Source: Candidatus Woesebacteria bacterium
GTDB taxonomy: Bacteria > Patescibacteriota > Microgenomatia > UBA8517
Assembly (NCBI GenBank): GCA_963784785.1
Contig: CAWASW010000015.1
Location: 68,149-115,477 of the forward strand
Direction of reading: 5' to 3'
Length of the DNA stretch: 47,329 bases
Shown: positions 10,129 through 20,715 of the stretch, piece by piece
Numbering within the stretch: position 1 is the stretch's first letter
Layout: each line of letters starts with the position of its first letter
The notes under the pieces: model-generated
The model's database searches: none
What the model saw: the letters and a program-made list of their open reading frames with translations, nothing else
What the model was told of the DNA's origin: nothing
Translations under genes and position numbers: made by a program

Positions 10129-10731
10129 CTATTGAAACAGCCTGGCCCTCCCAAGTTTGTAATTAGGATTTTTGTTTTTTCTTTCACCGATTAATTTAGC
10201 AGGGACACCGCCAACAATTGTAAACGGTTCGACATCTTTAGTAACTACTGCTCCACCGGCAACCACTGCACCTTTTCCAATTTTAACCCCAGGCATTATT
10301 GTGACTCTAGGACCTATAAAAACATAGTCTCCAATTTCAACTGGAGCAACAATAGCTGAGAAGTCTTCTTTTGACAAGTCATGTTCTGAATTATAAATTA
10401 AAACTTGAGAAGCAATATCTGTATGACTCCCAATTTTTATTTTGTCTCTACCATCTAAAAATGCGTGGTCTCCAATGATTGTATCTTCTCCAATTTCAAT
10501 ATTTCTCGGATCGAAAAAATTTGCCCACATATGAAAGGTTGAACCCTTTCCGATTTTAATGCCAAAAAATCTGTACTTTATATTTCTGACTGTATGAGAT
10601 GGAAAGTGACCTATCCATCTTAAAAGCATTAACTCGAAGTCTAACCAATAATTAGATATTCTATTACTAATTTTTGGCAAGGTCTCTTTTAAACTTAATT
10701 TTTTACCGTTTTTGTCTTGTAGCATTTTCAA
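10129..10731 (-). CDS. Hexapeptide-repeat sugar O-acetyltransferase
   Basis: LbH repeats IGEDTIIG, IGDYVFIG; VGGVPAK. Start could be 10725. Confidence 0.92.
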   Translation of the reverse strand: MKMLQDKNGKKLSLKETLPKISNRISNYWLDFELMLLRWIGHFPSHTVRNIKYRFFGIKIGKGSTFHMWANFFDPRNIEIGEDTIIGDHAFLDGRDKIKIGSHTDIASQVLIYNSEHDLSKEDFSAIVAPVEIGDYVFIGPRVTIMPGVKIGKGAVVAGGAVVTKDVEPFTIVGGVPAKLIGERKNKNPNYKLGRARLFQ

Positions 10732-11851
10732 TTACTTCTAAAGTTTTCTCTGCACATTTTTCCCAACTAAATTTTTTCAATTGTTCAGTTCCTAAGTCTA
10801 CTTGTTTATTATATTCTTTATCTGTCATTTTTAAAACTTTTTCAATACCATCAGCAATACTTTCAATGTTATTTGGATCGACATAAATTCCAGCATCTCC
10901 TGCAACTTCAGGGATTGATCCAACTCTAGAAACAATAGCAGGAACTCCACAACCAAAGGCGGACAAAATATCTAACCCAAAGCCCTCCCAAAAAGATGGC
11001 ATAACAAATATTTTGGCTCCCTTAATTAGTGCAGGTTTTTCTTCATCAGTTATAAAATCTGTAAATATAATTTTGTCTTCAAGTTTTAAATCTTTAACTT
11101 TTTTCTCTAAGTTTTCGTACATCCAACCTTTTTTACCTGCTATAACAAGTTGTGGCAAATCAGAAAGGCCACGAGACTTCCTAAGTACTGCATATGAAGA
11201 AATCAAACCGCCGACGTTCTTAGAGGGTTTCAGAGTGCTTAGAAACAAAATGTAGTCCGAAACTATAGAATACTTATTTTTGACCTGTCGTACAAGCTTT
11301 TCTGAAATGTTCAAATTATATTTTTCTTTATCGTAGCCAAGATGCGTAACAGTAGTTTTTTTCGAGGCTTGGGGATAATGTCGTACAATGTCTTTTTTGG
11401 TGGCTTCTGATATAGTTAGTACCTGTTTGGAGACAAAAATAGATATAGCAGTCCAGTATTTCAACTGCCAAAACACTTTTTTTTCAAATTGCCCCGAGAA
11501 TTCGAGGTAACCTAGGTCCATTATTGAACATACTCGGGGTATTGTCAAGAATAGCGCTGTGTAGTGACTTGGAGAAAATAAAATTTCAACTTTTTCTGGG
11601 TTTTTCAAAAGGTGTGGAGCAAGTTTTGTAAGTATCCAAAGACCTCCTCCACTTATGACTTTATACTTAAAATTTTTTGTTTCCTTTGGAAGGTCTCCAA
11701 GTGGTTCATTTTTGAGATAAACTATGAGATCATGTTTTTCTGGCCTCAATTCAATAAGTTTTTGTAAACCCCACAACATCTCAAAGGCATATTTATTTAC
11801 ACCTACTCTATTTTTAACATTTGCTTCATTCCCATCAATACCAATTATCAT
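10703..11851 (-). CDS. GT4 glycosyltransferase (mannosyltransferase-like)
   Basis: IGIDG..VGV..Y, TLKPSKN, EGFGLDIL. Confidence 0.92.
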   Translation of the reverse strand: MIIGIDGNEANVKNRVGVNKYAFEMLWGLQKLIELRPEKHDLIVYLKNEPLGDLPKETKNFKYKVISGGGLWILTKLAPHLLKNPEKVEILFSPSHYTALFLTIPRVCSIMDLGYLEFSGQFEKKVFWQLKYWTAISIFVSKQVLTISEATKKDIVRHYPQASKKTTVTHLGYDKEKYNLNISEKLVRQVKNKYSIVSDYILFLSTLKPSKNVGGLISSYAVLRKSRGLSDLPQLVIAGKKGWMYENLEKKVKDLKLEDKIIFTDFITDEEKPALIKGAKIFVMPSFWEGFGLDILSAFGCGVPAIVSRVGSIPEVAGDAGIYVDPNNIESIADGIEKVLKMTDKEYNKQVDLGTEQLKKFSWEKCAEKTLEVIENATRQKR

Positions 11852-11857
11852 AATTAT

Positions 11858-13024
11858 TTAAATTGTAGCATTTCGTTTTGATCTTAATAAACTAAATCCA
11901 AGTAAAGCAATTAGCACAATCCCTAGATAAAAAGATACTGTTTTTGCAGATATAGAATCTGATATTCCCCCGATAAAATAAGCAGCCAACACATACGGAA
12001 TATTTTTGATCATATTAAAAGTCGAAAGTGTGGTCGTTCGAAATCTAGATTCTGTATTGTTGTTAATTTCGATCGATGACAAATTCCCAAAAACACTTTG
12101 CAGAGATGATCTGAATATCAAAGATAATCCTCCAACAACTAAGCCAACGTATGGTGAGACCAAATAAGAAACTGCGGTTAAAGCTCCCACAAATACAATT
12201 GATTTGTTGACACCGAACGTCTTTTTAATAAAGCTTGTTGACTGAGATGCAAAAGCTGAAAATATGAATATCACTGACCACAGTATTCCCATCTGTTTAT
12301 CAGTAAAGCCAAATTCAAAGCTTAAAAAGCTGTCGACCATTTCACTAGATATCACTGCAATGAATCCAAAAGACAGCAAAATTATTGTTTGTCTTTTGAC
12401 ATCAATATTTTTAAATAACTGGAAAAGACCTTCTTTCGTTTGTTTTAAATAGTTTGCAAAAGAAAATTTGACAGTATCCACATCAGGCTCGACTAAGAAA
12501 AATGAAGCAGCTAAACCTATTGTGTAACCAAAGGCATTCAAGATAAACGGCAATCTTGGATCAAAACCGTAAACAAACCCACCAATAACACTACACACAG
12601 CAGGAGCAAAAAGTGAAATAGAACTAATGTTTGATATTACCTTGTCAAATTTTCCCTCTTCTTTGTCCTGTTTTAGAGAGTCGAATACTAATGCTTCAAG
12701 TGTGCCTGAATAAAACGCGCCTCCTACACACATCACAAAAACAGAAATCAAAATCACGTTAAAACTAGGAGCAAAAGCCATCATATAAGCACCAATCGCT
12801 TCAAGCAAAAAGGCTAGTATCAACGTTTTCTTTTTTCCAAAAAGATCAGCTACTGCACCGGTTGGAATTTCAGCCAACGTCATAGTTACAATGAGAACAG
12901 TTTCAATTATTCCAATACCTGCATAATTTGTGAAGCTTAAGTAATAAAAGATCCAGATTCCAAGCCAGAACCAAGTGTTTTTAGCAAAAGTCAGGATATA
13001 GGCAATTGTGATATTATTTTTCAC
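11858..13024 (-). CDS. MFS transporter
   Basis: About 12 TM; EIPTGAVADLFGKK motif A; SGTLEALVFDS. Confidence 0.9.
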   Translation of the reverse strand: MKNNITIAYILTFAKNTWFWLGIWIFYYLSFTNYAGIGIIETVLIVTMTLAEIPTGAVADLFGKKKTLILAFLLEAIGAYMMAFAPSFNVILISVFVMCVGGAFYSGTLEALVFDSLKQDKEEGKFDKVISNISSISLFAPAVCSVIGGFVYGFDPRLPFILNAFGYTIGLAASFFLVEPDVDTVKFSFANYLKQTKEGLFQLFKNIDVKRQTIILLSFGFIAVISSEMVDSFLSFEFGFTDKQMGILWSVIFIFSAFASQSTSFIKKTFGVNKSIVFVGALTAVSYLVSPYVGLVVGGLSLIFRSSLQSVFGNLSSIEINNNTESRFRTTTLSTFNMIKNIPYVLAAYFIGGISDSISAKTVSFYLGIVLIALLGFSLLRSKRNATI

Positions 13025-14093
13025 TTGCCTCCTTGTAAACTTTTAGTGTTTCTTCTGCAGTCTTTGTCCAAGAGAAGTCTGCCACGCGTTTTAGACCTTT
13101 TGCAATTAAAGTCTTAGGCTTTGAAAGGGCTTCTTCTATGCCATCTGCAATCGAATTAACATCATAAGGATCAACCAAAACTGCAGCTCCTCCTGCAACT
13201 TCTGGCATGCTAGAAATATTTGATGTAACAACAGGAACTTCACAGTTAAATGCATCAAGAACTGGAATACCTAAACCTTCATAAAGAGATGGAAAAACTA
13301 AAGCGCTTGAACCAGTCAATAAGGCAGAAAGTTCATCATCAGGCAAATGTCCAAGAAATCTAACACCTCTTTCATCCTCAAGTTTGGTATTTATCTTCTC
13401 CCCAACAATAATTAATTTTAAATTCTTACCATATTTAGACAAATGATAAGCATCAATTATACTTTGAGTATTCTTTCTGGGGTTGGCTCCTATCGCAATT
13501 ATGTAATCTTCGCGAATTGCATATTTCTTTTTGATTTCTTCGACCTCATTAGATTTGGATAAATTTGGAGCCTCATAAATAACTCTAATTTTATTTTCAT
13601 CAAACCCTAATTCAATCAAATCATTCTTGGTGGCAATACTTGGGACAATAATAATTTTTGATTCTTTATTAACCCACTTTAACCTTTCCTTGTGTGTTTC
13701 CACTACTAACCTTGGGGTAATCTTTGAAAACTTCAAGGCTACTAAATCGTGCACCGTTGTAACTTTATTCATTTTAGATGGTGGCTCTGCCCAATCTGAA
13801 GTATGAACAGCATCAACCTGCCCAATCAACTTTTCAATTGGTAATATATGCAATTTATTCCAAACAATGTCAGCAATTCTGGGTGGAATCGGAAAAGTTT
13901 TTACAGTAGTTCTTGGAGTCAATCCTAAATCATTAATCTTAAATCTTAAATCTTTAATCCTACGGAGTGATCCACCATACAAAACATATTCGTTTTCTGA
14001 ATCAATTTTAAGTAAATTACGAACCAGATTCTCACGATAATGAGAGACTCCTGTACCATAAATTATTTGAGATAAGTCAATTGCGTAGCGCAT
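13014..14093 (-). CDS. GT4 glycosyltransferase
   Basis: TGVSHY, TVHDL, PRKN, EGLGIPVLDA. Confidence 0.92.
   Translation of the reverse strand: MRYAIDLSQIIYGTGVSHYRENLVRNLLKIDSENEYVLYGGSLRRIKDLRFKINDLGLTPRTTVKTFPIPPRIADIVWNKLHILPIEKLIGQVDAVHTSDWAEPPSKMNKVTTVHDLVALKFSKITPRLVVETHKERLKWVNKESKIIIVPSIATKNDLIELGFDENKIRVIYEAPNLSKSNEVEEIKKKYAIREDYIIAIGANPRKNTQSIIDAYHLSKYGKNLKLIIVGEKINTKLEDERGVRFLGHLPDDELSALLTGSSALVFPSLYEGLGIPVLDAFNCEVPVVTSNISSMPEVAGGAAVLVDPYDVNSIADGIEEALSKPKTLIAKGLKRVADFSWTKTAEETLKVYKEASEK
13920..13961. repeat. Heptamer array caatcct aaatcat taatctt aaatctt aaatctt taatcct
   Basis: Six units; encodes RIKDLRFKINDLGL in GT4. Confidence 0.9.
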
Positions 14094-15369
14094 ATTTATA
14101 CAGAAGCACTCCGTTTAGATTAACTTCTGATACCTTATTATAACCTAAATCTTCTATGTATTTACGCGTAGAATCGCTTTTATCAAAAATCTCCCAGACG
14201 TATCTGGAGAGCCAGATAGTAGATTGGTCACTAGTCAATTGGTTCTTAGAAATAATATTCTCTCCTTTGTTGTAATACACCAAAGCTTCTTTTTGGGAAT
14301 TGGCAGGAAAAACAATTTTCTCATTACTAATTAGTTTTGCCACACCTCTCCAATCCTCACGCTGAAACTTTGGCATAAATAAATACCTCCCTGTAGCGAT
14401 CAGATTAATTATTAATATCACTACTACAAAAAATTTGCTGCTGCTCTCGGACAGTAGCAAGTAAAAAGCCGGCAGGATAAACAAGTATCTAAAATATGTA
14501 AGAGTTGGTATATACATCGACAACATGATCCCAAAAACCAGTGACATTCCAAACCAATACCACATCAATTTATTTTTGGCTTTTCCAATTACATACATAA
14601 ATATCATGGAAATAATTATTATGACGACGGCGTATATTAATTTATTATCAATATTTACTCTGCCGATCATAAATTTGGTTGGTATAAGTGCAACATTTTT
14701 AAGAGTAACTGGACCTAATATGTTCCACCAAGCAGAAGAACTAGCTTTTAATGCAAATCCTGCAGTCAACTGCTTAATCAAAAATGGCAGCCAAGCAGCA
14801 AAAATTATAAAAAAGGGGATACACGACTTAATAAATTTTTTAGTTTCGCTACGATTATTTAAAAAAGTAAAAATAAATAGTACTGGCAATATTAAAACTG
14901 AAACATAGTCAGTCAAAAATATTAAAGGCAAAAGAATAGAAAATTGAATCCATTTCTTTTGTATAAAAACCAAAACTAAGTAACAAACTAACCAAGTAAC
15001 CATTGCATACATCCTTGCTTCTTGTGAGTAATAGACATGAAGTCCTGAAGTAGCTAGAAATAAAGCAGGAACGATTGGCCATTTCAGTTTCAATTCTTTA
15101 GCAATCAAATATACTGTGTAAATTATTAATAAACCAAAAATAACTGAAGGAATACGCATAGATATTTCAGTGGTACCAAAAACTAATGACCAACATCTAA
15201 CAACTAGATAGTAAAGCGGAGGGTGAAAATCGGCAGGCATGAACTTACTAAAAAAATCTGCAATTGGCATTTTGGCAACAAGTGCAGTCGTGGCTTCGTC
15301 AAGCCATAGAGATTGGTTAAGTGAAATTAGTCGAAGCACCAATCCTAAAAGTAGAATTCCGTATATCAT
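14077..15369 (-). CDS. GT-C membrane glycosyltransferase (PMT_2-like)
   Basis: QSLWLDE, HPPLYY, YSQEARMY. Confidence 0.88.
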   Translation of the reverse strand: MIYGILLLGLVLRLISLNQSLWLDEATTALVAKMPIADFFSKFMPADFHPPLYYLVVRCWSLVFGTTEISMRIPSVIFGLLIIYTVYLIAKELKLKWPIVPALFLATSGLHVYYSQEARMYAMVTWLVCYLVLVFIQKKWIQFSILLPLIFLTDYVSVLILPVLFIFTFLNNRSETKKFIKSCIPFFIIFAAWLPFLIKQLTAGFALKASSSAWWNILGPVTLKNVALIPTKFMIGRVNIDNKLIYAVVIIIISMIFMYVIGKAKNKLMWYWFGMSLVFGIMLSMYIPTLTYFRYLFILPAFYLLLSESSSKFFVVVILIINLIATGRYLFMPKFQREDWRGVAKLISNEKIVFPANSQKEALVYYNKGENIISKNQLTSDQSTIWLSRYVWEIFDKSDSTRKYIEDLGYNKVSEVNLNGVLLYKYALRN

Positions 15370-16208
15370 TTTGATCCTTTTTTAGTAAACATGAAATCAA
15401 TTATACCGACGCAGATACCTGCGTCGAAAACTATTTTAAAAATTAAATAGGCAGGTAGCATATAGTACGTAGCACGTAGAATACCTAGGACAACAGATAC
15501 AGGTAGTGAACTTCTTACTAAGCCAACTAAGTAACCAAGTAACCCAAATTTATACTTTCTTTTTCCTACCCACTTTGCATGGTTATATATTTCCTTCAGA
15601 TTATCTGGATTTTTATGGAAAAATATTGCCTTCTCAGCAACTGTTGCATCGTAGCCTAATTTCTCAGACAAACTCCAATCGTCGTTGTAGCCGCCGGCAG
15701 TAAACCCGCCAACTTTATCAAATTCAGACTTTAAAATTGCTCTAAACACTTTTTGGGTATTAGGATAATTTTTTGGGTGTCTTCTTTTGTTTACCCAACC
15801 TTCGTTAACGTTATAGCATCTGGCAAAAACTTTGTCCCAGTTACTAACTATTTCATCTTTAGAAAATGTACCTTTTGATTTACCACTGATTATTGGTTTG
15901 ACCAACATTTTTAAAAAGTGTCTGTCAAAAGTCATGTCGCTATCAACAAAAACCAAAATATTGCCCTTAGCAATTTTTGCTCCTTCATTTCTTGCCCCTC
16001 CTGCTCCCAAGTGTTTTGTTTTTAATGTTCTGAATTGGAAACTGGAAATTGGAAATTGGAAATTCTGCAAAACTTCATAAGTTTTGTCAGATGATCCATC
16101 ATCTACTACTACTACCTCAAAATCATGAACACTCTGCTTAGCAAGAGAATTTAAGCAATCTAAAATTACATCTTCTTCGTTGTATGTTGGTATTATTACA
16201 GAAATCAT
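15366..16208 (-). CDS. GT2 glycosyltransferase
   Basis: SVIIPTYNE, VDDGS, FVDSD. Confidence 0.93.
   Translation of the reverse strand: MISVIIPTYNEEDVILDCLNSLAKQSVHDFEVVVVDDGSSDKTYEVLQNFQFPISSFQFRTLKTKHLGAGGARNEGAKIAKGNILVFVDSDMTFDRHFLKMLVKPIISGKSKGTFSKDEIVSNWDKVFARCYNVNEGWVNKRRHPKNYPNTQKVFRAILKSEFDKVGGFTAGGYNDDWSLSEKLGYDATVAEKAIFFHKNPDNLKEIYNHAKWVGKRKYKFGLLGYLVGLVRSSLPVSVVLGILRATYYMLPAYLIFKIVFDAGICVGIIDFMFTKKGSK
15454..15481. repeat. Degenerate heptamer array ggtagca tatagta cgtagca cgtagaa
   Basis: Four units; encodes LRATYYMLP. Confidence 0.65.
16032..16066. repeat. Heptamer array gaattgg aaactgg aaattgg aaattgg aaattct
   Basis: Five units; encodes NFQFPISSFQF; reverse complement of the 2896 unit. 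Confidence 0.9.
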
Positions 16209-17443
16209 TTTGTTAATTTAAATAAAACATATCCTTCTCCGATATCACTTAATCTTTCAATATTATACGGCTTAAAAACATTTAATTCCCAAGGATTATT
16301 ATTTCCAAAATCATAATTGTTAATAGCTAAAGCATATATTTTGTCAACAGACTGATATGTAACGTCATTCTGAGGTTTTTTGCCATACACATACTGAACA
16401 AAATAACGAAGGGTATAAGCACGTGTATCAAAATCATATAACGTTACTAAATTAAAATTATTATCAGCACTCTCAGAAATAATTCGCGAAGTATATTTAA
16501 GATCATTATATTTCAGTCCATTTTCCATACCTACTGGTCTGTAAAGATTTATTAACGAAGAATTAAGATTCACGAATAAGTACAGGCATCCAAACAAATA
16601 TGCTGCGAACTTATTCTTTTTGTAAATATTCCAAACAATAATTGATATTAGTATTAATACCACTGGCCAGAACTCCAAAAAATGATAATAGATAAATCCA
16701 GCATCTGATTTTCCTGAAAAAGTATCTAGTGCATATTGCCACAACGAATTTAAGTGATAAAAGTTATGTCTCAGATCAAACAGAACCTGTGTTATATCGC
16801 CGATTACGCCGCCCACAATAAAAAGTAAGGTGTTTAATAGTTTTTGCTTCGAAAATTTAACGATGAAAAACAAAACTACTAATATCGCGATTGCGTACAA
16901 ATATTCAAGCCCAAACCCAATCCCCGACAAAAGACCCAGCAGTACAATATCAAATGATTTGGCTCTTTGTTTCACAACCTTCCAAACTAAATAAAAACTT
17001 AAAATTCCCAAAAGTGGCAAGTAATTTAAAACCCAAATAAACATAGAATGGTAAATCATGTATGAATTAAATAAGAATAAAATCGAAGAAATAGTTGCAA
17101 TTTCTTTTCCAAACATCTTTTTACATAGAATATACAAAACCAATCCAGTAAATATATTAAAAAGACAAAAATAAATTGTTATTAAATACGGGTCATATTT
17201 AGTAGCAAGAAGCAAGGGAACAAGCGAATAGTTAAACAATGCAGAGGTATATAATTTGTGGCCTAAAGAATTTGCTCTAAAATATTCTTGACCCAATAAA
17301 GATGGTTTATCCTGTATGTAATTTGCTGAAACAATCAAACTTCTTGCCTGTTCTGGGCCAAATGTAACTCTATTTTCAAAATTATAAAACCTAACAAACA
17401 TGGCAAGAGTAAAGATACTAAAGAGTATTAAGTATTTCTTCAT
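16205..17443 (-). CDS. GT-C membrane glycosyltransferase
   Basis: Multi-TM; RFYN..TFGPEQARS loop. Start MKKYL at 17443 preferred over 17455. Confidence 0.75.
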   Translation of the reverse strand: MKKYLILFSIFTLAMFVRFYNFENRVTFGPEQARSLIVSANYIQDKPSLLGQEYFRANSLGHKLYTSALFNYSLVPLLLATKYDPYLITIYFCLFNIFTGLVLYILCKKMFGKEIATISSILFLFNSYMIYHSMFIWVLNYLPLLGILSFYLVWKVVKQRAKSFDIVLLGLLSGIGFGLEYLYAIAILVVLFFIVKFSKQKLLNTLLFIVGGVIGDITQVLFDLRHNFYHLNSLWQYALDTFSGKSDAGFIYYHFLEFWPVVLILISIIVWNIYKKNKFAAYLFGCLYLFVNLNSSLINLYRPVGMENGLKYNDLKYTSRIISESADNNFNLVTLYDFDTRAYTLRYFVQYVYGKKPQNDVTYQSVDKIYALAINNYDFGNNNPWELNVFKPYNIERLSDIGEGYVLFKLTK

Positions 17444-18332
17444 ATTGTTTAGCAATACTATCCCAACTAAATTTTTCTGCCTGCTTTCTAGGTTTGTATT
17501 TCCAATCAGTACTTAGTGCCTTTTCGATAGCATTTGCATACGCATCAATGTCGGTTGGATCGACAAATATTCCAGCATTACCTACAATCTCGCGTCGCAT
17601 AAGATCATCTGTCGCAACAACAGCAAGACAAGAAGCCATAGCTTCTATCAATACAATTCCAAATGATTCCCATGGAACTGTAGGAAAAACAAAAAGATCA
17701 GCCTTATTGTAAATTTCAGGCATCTTATCATTTGTCGTTTCCACCACTTCAAATCTATCTTTTCCCAAAGTCTTTAATCCCAAATTGATAATCTCCTGTT
17801 TTTTGTCTCCCCCTCCTCCAGCTATTATTAATTTTGCATCCTTTAATTTTGAAACCGCCTTAATAGTTAAATCGTGTCTTTTGTTTTCAGTAAATGCTCC
17901 AACTGCCAAAACTGTCTTTAGCTGTTGGCTTTTAGCTTTTGGTCTAACTACAAAACGACCCAGATCAACTCCATTTGGAATTTTGGCTACTTTTACAATC
18001 GGATTTATTTTTTTGGCCCAGTTTACTGCATAATCAGAAAGTCCTATAAAATAATCAGGAAAAGCATATAAATTTAACCTATCATCAAGCCCTATTCCAG
18101 ATTGACCGGAAACTATCATTTTAGAACCAGTTAACCATGTTAAAACTCGAACAACAAAAACTTGTAATCTTCCATTGGTGGGAATCACAACATCATATTT
18201 CTTAGATAAATTAATTTTTGTTGAAATATCAACTTCATGATTTTCAGAAAGTCTTTTGGCAAGTTCTGAAACAAAAGTTTCAGCACCTCTGTTTACCTTA
18301 AACTGATATTTGTTGATAATTGCAATTTTCAT
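17418..18332 (-). CDS. GT4 glycosyltransferase
   Basis: RGAETF, IPNGVD, ESFGIVLIEAMA. Confidence 0.92.
   Translation of the reverse strand: MKIAIINKYQFKVNRGAETFVSELAKRLSENHEVDISTKINLSKKYDVVIPTNGRLQVFVVRVLTWLTGSKMIVSGQSGIGLDDRLNLYAFPDYFIGLSDYAVNWAKKINPIVKVAKIPNGVDLGRFVVRPKAKSQQLKTVLAVGAFTENKRHDLTIKAVSKLKDAKLIIAGGGGDKKQEIINLGLKTLGKDRFEVVETTNDKMPEIYNKADLFVFPTVPWESFGIVLIEAMASCLAVVATDDLMRREIVGNAGIFVDPTDIDAYANAIEKALSTDWKYKPRKQAEKFSWDSIAKQYEEILNTL
17914..17941. repeat. Degenerate heptamer array gtcttta gctgttg gctttta gcttttg
   Basis: Four units in the GT4 linker, PKAKSQQLKT. Confidence 0.65.
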
Positions 18333-18350
18333 AAGTAAAATTCATAAATG

Positions 18351-19481
18351 TTACGATACCCAATACCCTCTAAAAAATAACGCTGATGCAAAAACTAGCA
18401 ATGCTATAGAAATTATATTATATATGACAAAACCAATGCCTTTTAATCGAGTAGCTAAATAAATATAAATTGGGAAAACTACTAAAATGTATCTTGGTAA
18501 AGATTGCAAAATTCCACCAGCCAAATAAAAGTATGCGTTCGTAACCATATAGAGCCAATATATAATTTTTACTTTTTTGTAAGAAGATAATATTATTGCA
18601 ATCAAAAATACTAAACTTCCAAATTCAAAAACTGATATCAAATAAACAAACGGGCTATCATAAAATGGTTGTGGACCAATTAGTAGATTATGGAAACCAC
18701 TTAAAAAGGCTTTTATTGGACCGAGCAATGAAAACGACTTACCCCACACTGGCCAACTGTGTAAATAAATCAAGGGATCTCCGATCGTAATATAATTATA
18801 TAAAGAGTATCCTATTAGGCCCAATGGAGAAAATGCAACGATCCAAGGTATTTTTTTGGTATCAATAAAATATTTAAATCCTTCAAATATCACAATTAAA
18901 GGCAAAACAATACCAACTATACGAGTGGCAGATGCTAAAAGCGCAAACAATGTCGCCATAAAGAAATTCTTTTTATTCAAGAACCAAAAAACAGACAGAG
19001 ATAAAAATAAATACAAAGATTCCGGATAATAACAAAACAAAAAGTATGAAGTTGGAAAAGTAAGCATTAAAATTACAGTTTTAAACGATGTAGTATCATC
19101 AAATTCTACTCTCACAATTTCAAATAATAGCCAAATCGAGCCAATAGAAAAAATAGCCGCCAAAAATAATCCGGAATACACAGCATTCATGTTTGTTAGC
19201 AAAGAAAAAGATTTTATTAACAATGGAAATAGTGGGAAAAAAGCTCTCAAATTATAGATACCTTTAATGAAATATCCATTTTGCACTATATCTAAATAGT
19301 TTCTCCCATCAGCATTTAATCTGGGTGACACTAAACTACGAGATGACAACTCTATATCAATAGGTAATTCATAGCTAGTTCTGTTATCTAAATAGTTAGA
19401 TGATACTTTCTGTATAGCGAAAGATAAAGCAAAAGAAAATAGAAACAAAAATAATATTTTTATATATATATTTTTAAACAT
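18351..19481 (-). CDS. PIG-V/Mannosyl_trans2-like GT-C mannosyltransferase
   Basis: DGRNYLDIVQNGY, AFFPLFP, YPESL, TRIVG, SLPRY. Confidence 0.85.
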   Translation of the reverse strand: MFKNIYIKILFLFLFSFALSFAIQKVSSNYLDNRTSYELPIDIELSSRSLVSPRLNADGRNYLDIVQNGYFIKGIYNLRAFFPLFPLLIKSFSLLTNMNAVYSGLFLAAIFSIGSIWLLFEIVRVEFDDTTSFKTVILMLTFPTSYFLFCYYPESLYLFLSLSVFWFLNKKNFFMATLFALLASATRIVGIVLPLIVIFEGFKYFIDTKKIPWIVAFSPLGLIGYSLYNYITIGDPLIYLHSWPVWGKSFSLLGPIKAFLSGFHNLLIGPQPFYDSPFVYLISVFEFGSLVFLIAIILSSYKKVKIIYWLYMVTNAYFYLAGGILQSLPRYILVVFPIYIYLATRLKGIGFVIYNIISIALLVFASALFFRGYWVS

Positions 19482-19482
19482 G

Positions 19483-20715
19483 TTAGTTCTTCCTACACAA
19501 TTCTACCTTCTTCTCAATGATCTTGCATTCATAAAACTTGTCTACAAAAAGATATAGCTCTGGAAAAATTTTATCCCTTTCCCCAATTACTACTGCCTCG
19601 GGCATTTTTGATTTTAAATCATTTAGTATTTTATCTTTGTTATTATCATAACCTAAATACCATGGAATGTATGGAATAAGCGGCTTTGTAGCAGGAAGTG
19701 TATTTGTTAAAGCGTATATATTGTCCCAATAGTTTATAACATAAATACTAGAATATTGATTAGAGATTATAGAATTTTGAACTTTCTGGACATCAGATTC
19801 AAAAAAGCGAGTTCCTCCCCCCAAGTTCCTCCAAATTCCTATAAATATAAACCCTGTAAATAATAACGAAGTAAATAATTTAAACAGTATATTTTTCTTT
19901 GAAAAAATAAATGTTGCAAATGCAATCGCCAAAAATGGTAATGCTGGTTGAAAATGAAACAGTTCCCATCTAGGACAAACTCCCATTGCACCAACAATGG
20001 CAAAAATAAGTACTGTGTACTCTGCACTAAGTACTGCAACAAAAAATGGAGCAGACGCGAACAATAATTGTTTTAAAGTAGGTAAAGATATCTGCCCTAC
20101 TGCATTTGGCAAATACAATATTCCAAATTTAATTGCCCAATTGTAGTAATCATCTAAAATACCAAGATAAGCAAAAAGTATCAAAGGTACCAAAAGTACC
20201 GATATCGATCCGATTACAAATTGTTTAGATCTTTGTACTATGTACTTTGTACTATGTACTATTGCAATTACTACGGGAATTGCAAAATAAATAAATGTTT
20301 GTTTAGTCAAAAATCCTAAAGCAAAAGTAACTCCAACCCAGACATATTTTCCCTCTCTTACAAAGAGATACAACAAGATTGCAAAAGGAGTAAGAGCCAA
20401 ATCAAACCATAGACCATTGCCCTCAAACACAAAGGATAAAAGAATGTAGGTTAAAGATGACAGATATGCATTTTTTTTGTTCCAAAACTTTTTAGCTACA
20501 AAATAAGTTAAATAAGTATTAGTGGCGATTAAAATCCAAGTATAAATTTTAAGCTGCAATATCCCCACACCGAAGAGTTTGTAAAAAATTGCCAAATCTA
20601 AAAGCATCAGAGGGTTATGAGCAATAGCGATATCACGATAAGGCAACCAACCTTGAAGCATTAAATACGGCCAAGCCAACATCTCCGGCCATGCAGTGAA
20701 TGTTAAATTAGTCAT
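19483..20715 (-). CDS. GT-C-like membrane protein
   Basis: GWLPYRD..HNP, LTKQ; multi-TM. Confidence 0.75.
   Translation of the reverse strand: MTNLTFTAWPEMLAWPYLMLQGWLPYRDIAIAHNPLMLLDLAIFYKLFGVGILQLKIYTWILIATNTYLTYFVAKKFWNKKNAYLSSLTYILLSFVFEGNGLWFDLALTPFAILLYLFVREGKYVWVGVTFALGFLTKQTFIYFAIPVVIAIVHSTKYIVQRSKQFVIGSISVLLVPLILFAYLGILDDYYNWAIKFGILYLPNAVGQISLPTLKQLLFASAPFFVAVLSAEYTVLIFAIVGAMGVCPRWELFHFQPALPFLAIAFATFIFSKKNILFKLFTSLLFTGFIFIGIWRNLGGGTRFFESDVQKVQNSIISNQYSSIYVINYWDNIYALTNTLPATKPLIPYIPWYLGYDNNKDKILNDLKSKMPEAVVIGERDKIFPELYLFVDKFYECKIIEKKVELCRKN
19746..19780. repeat. Degenerate heptamer array tactaga atattga ttagaga ttataga attttga
   Basis: Five units with GA every 7 nt; encodes NSIISNQYSS. 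Confidence 0.6.
20231..20265. repeat. Heptamer array ctttgta ctatgta ctttgta ctatgta ctattgc
   Basis: Five units; encodes IVHSTKYIVQR. Confidence 0.9.

Noticed and set aside
14222-14243. Possible extra heptamer array (also 42940-42967)
   Set aside because: Too degenerate or out of register to distinguish from chance by eye.
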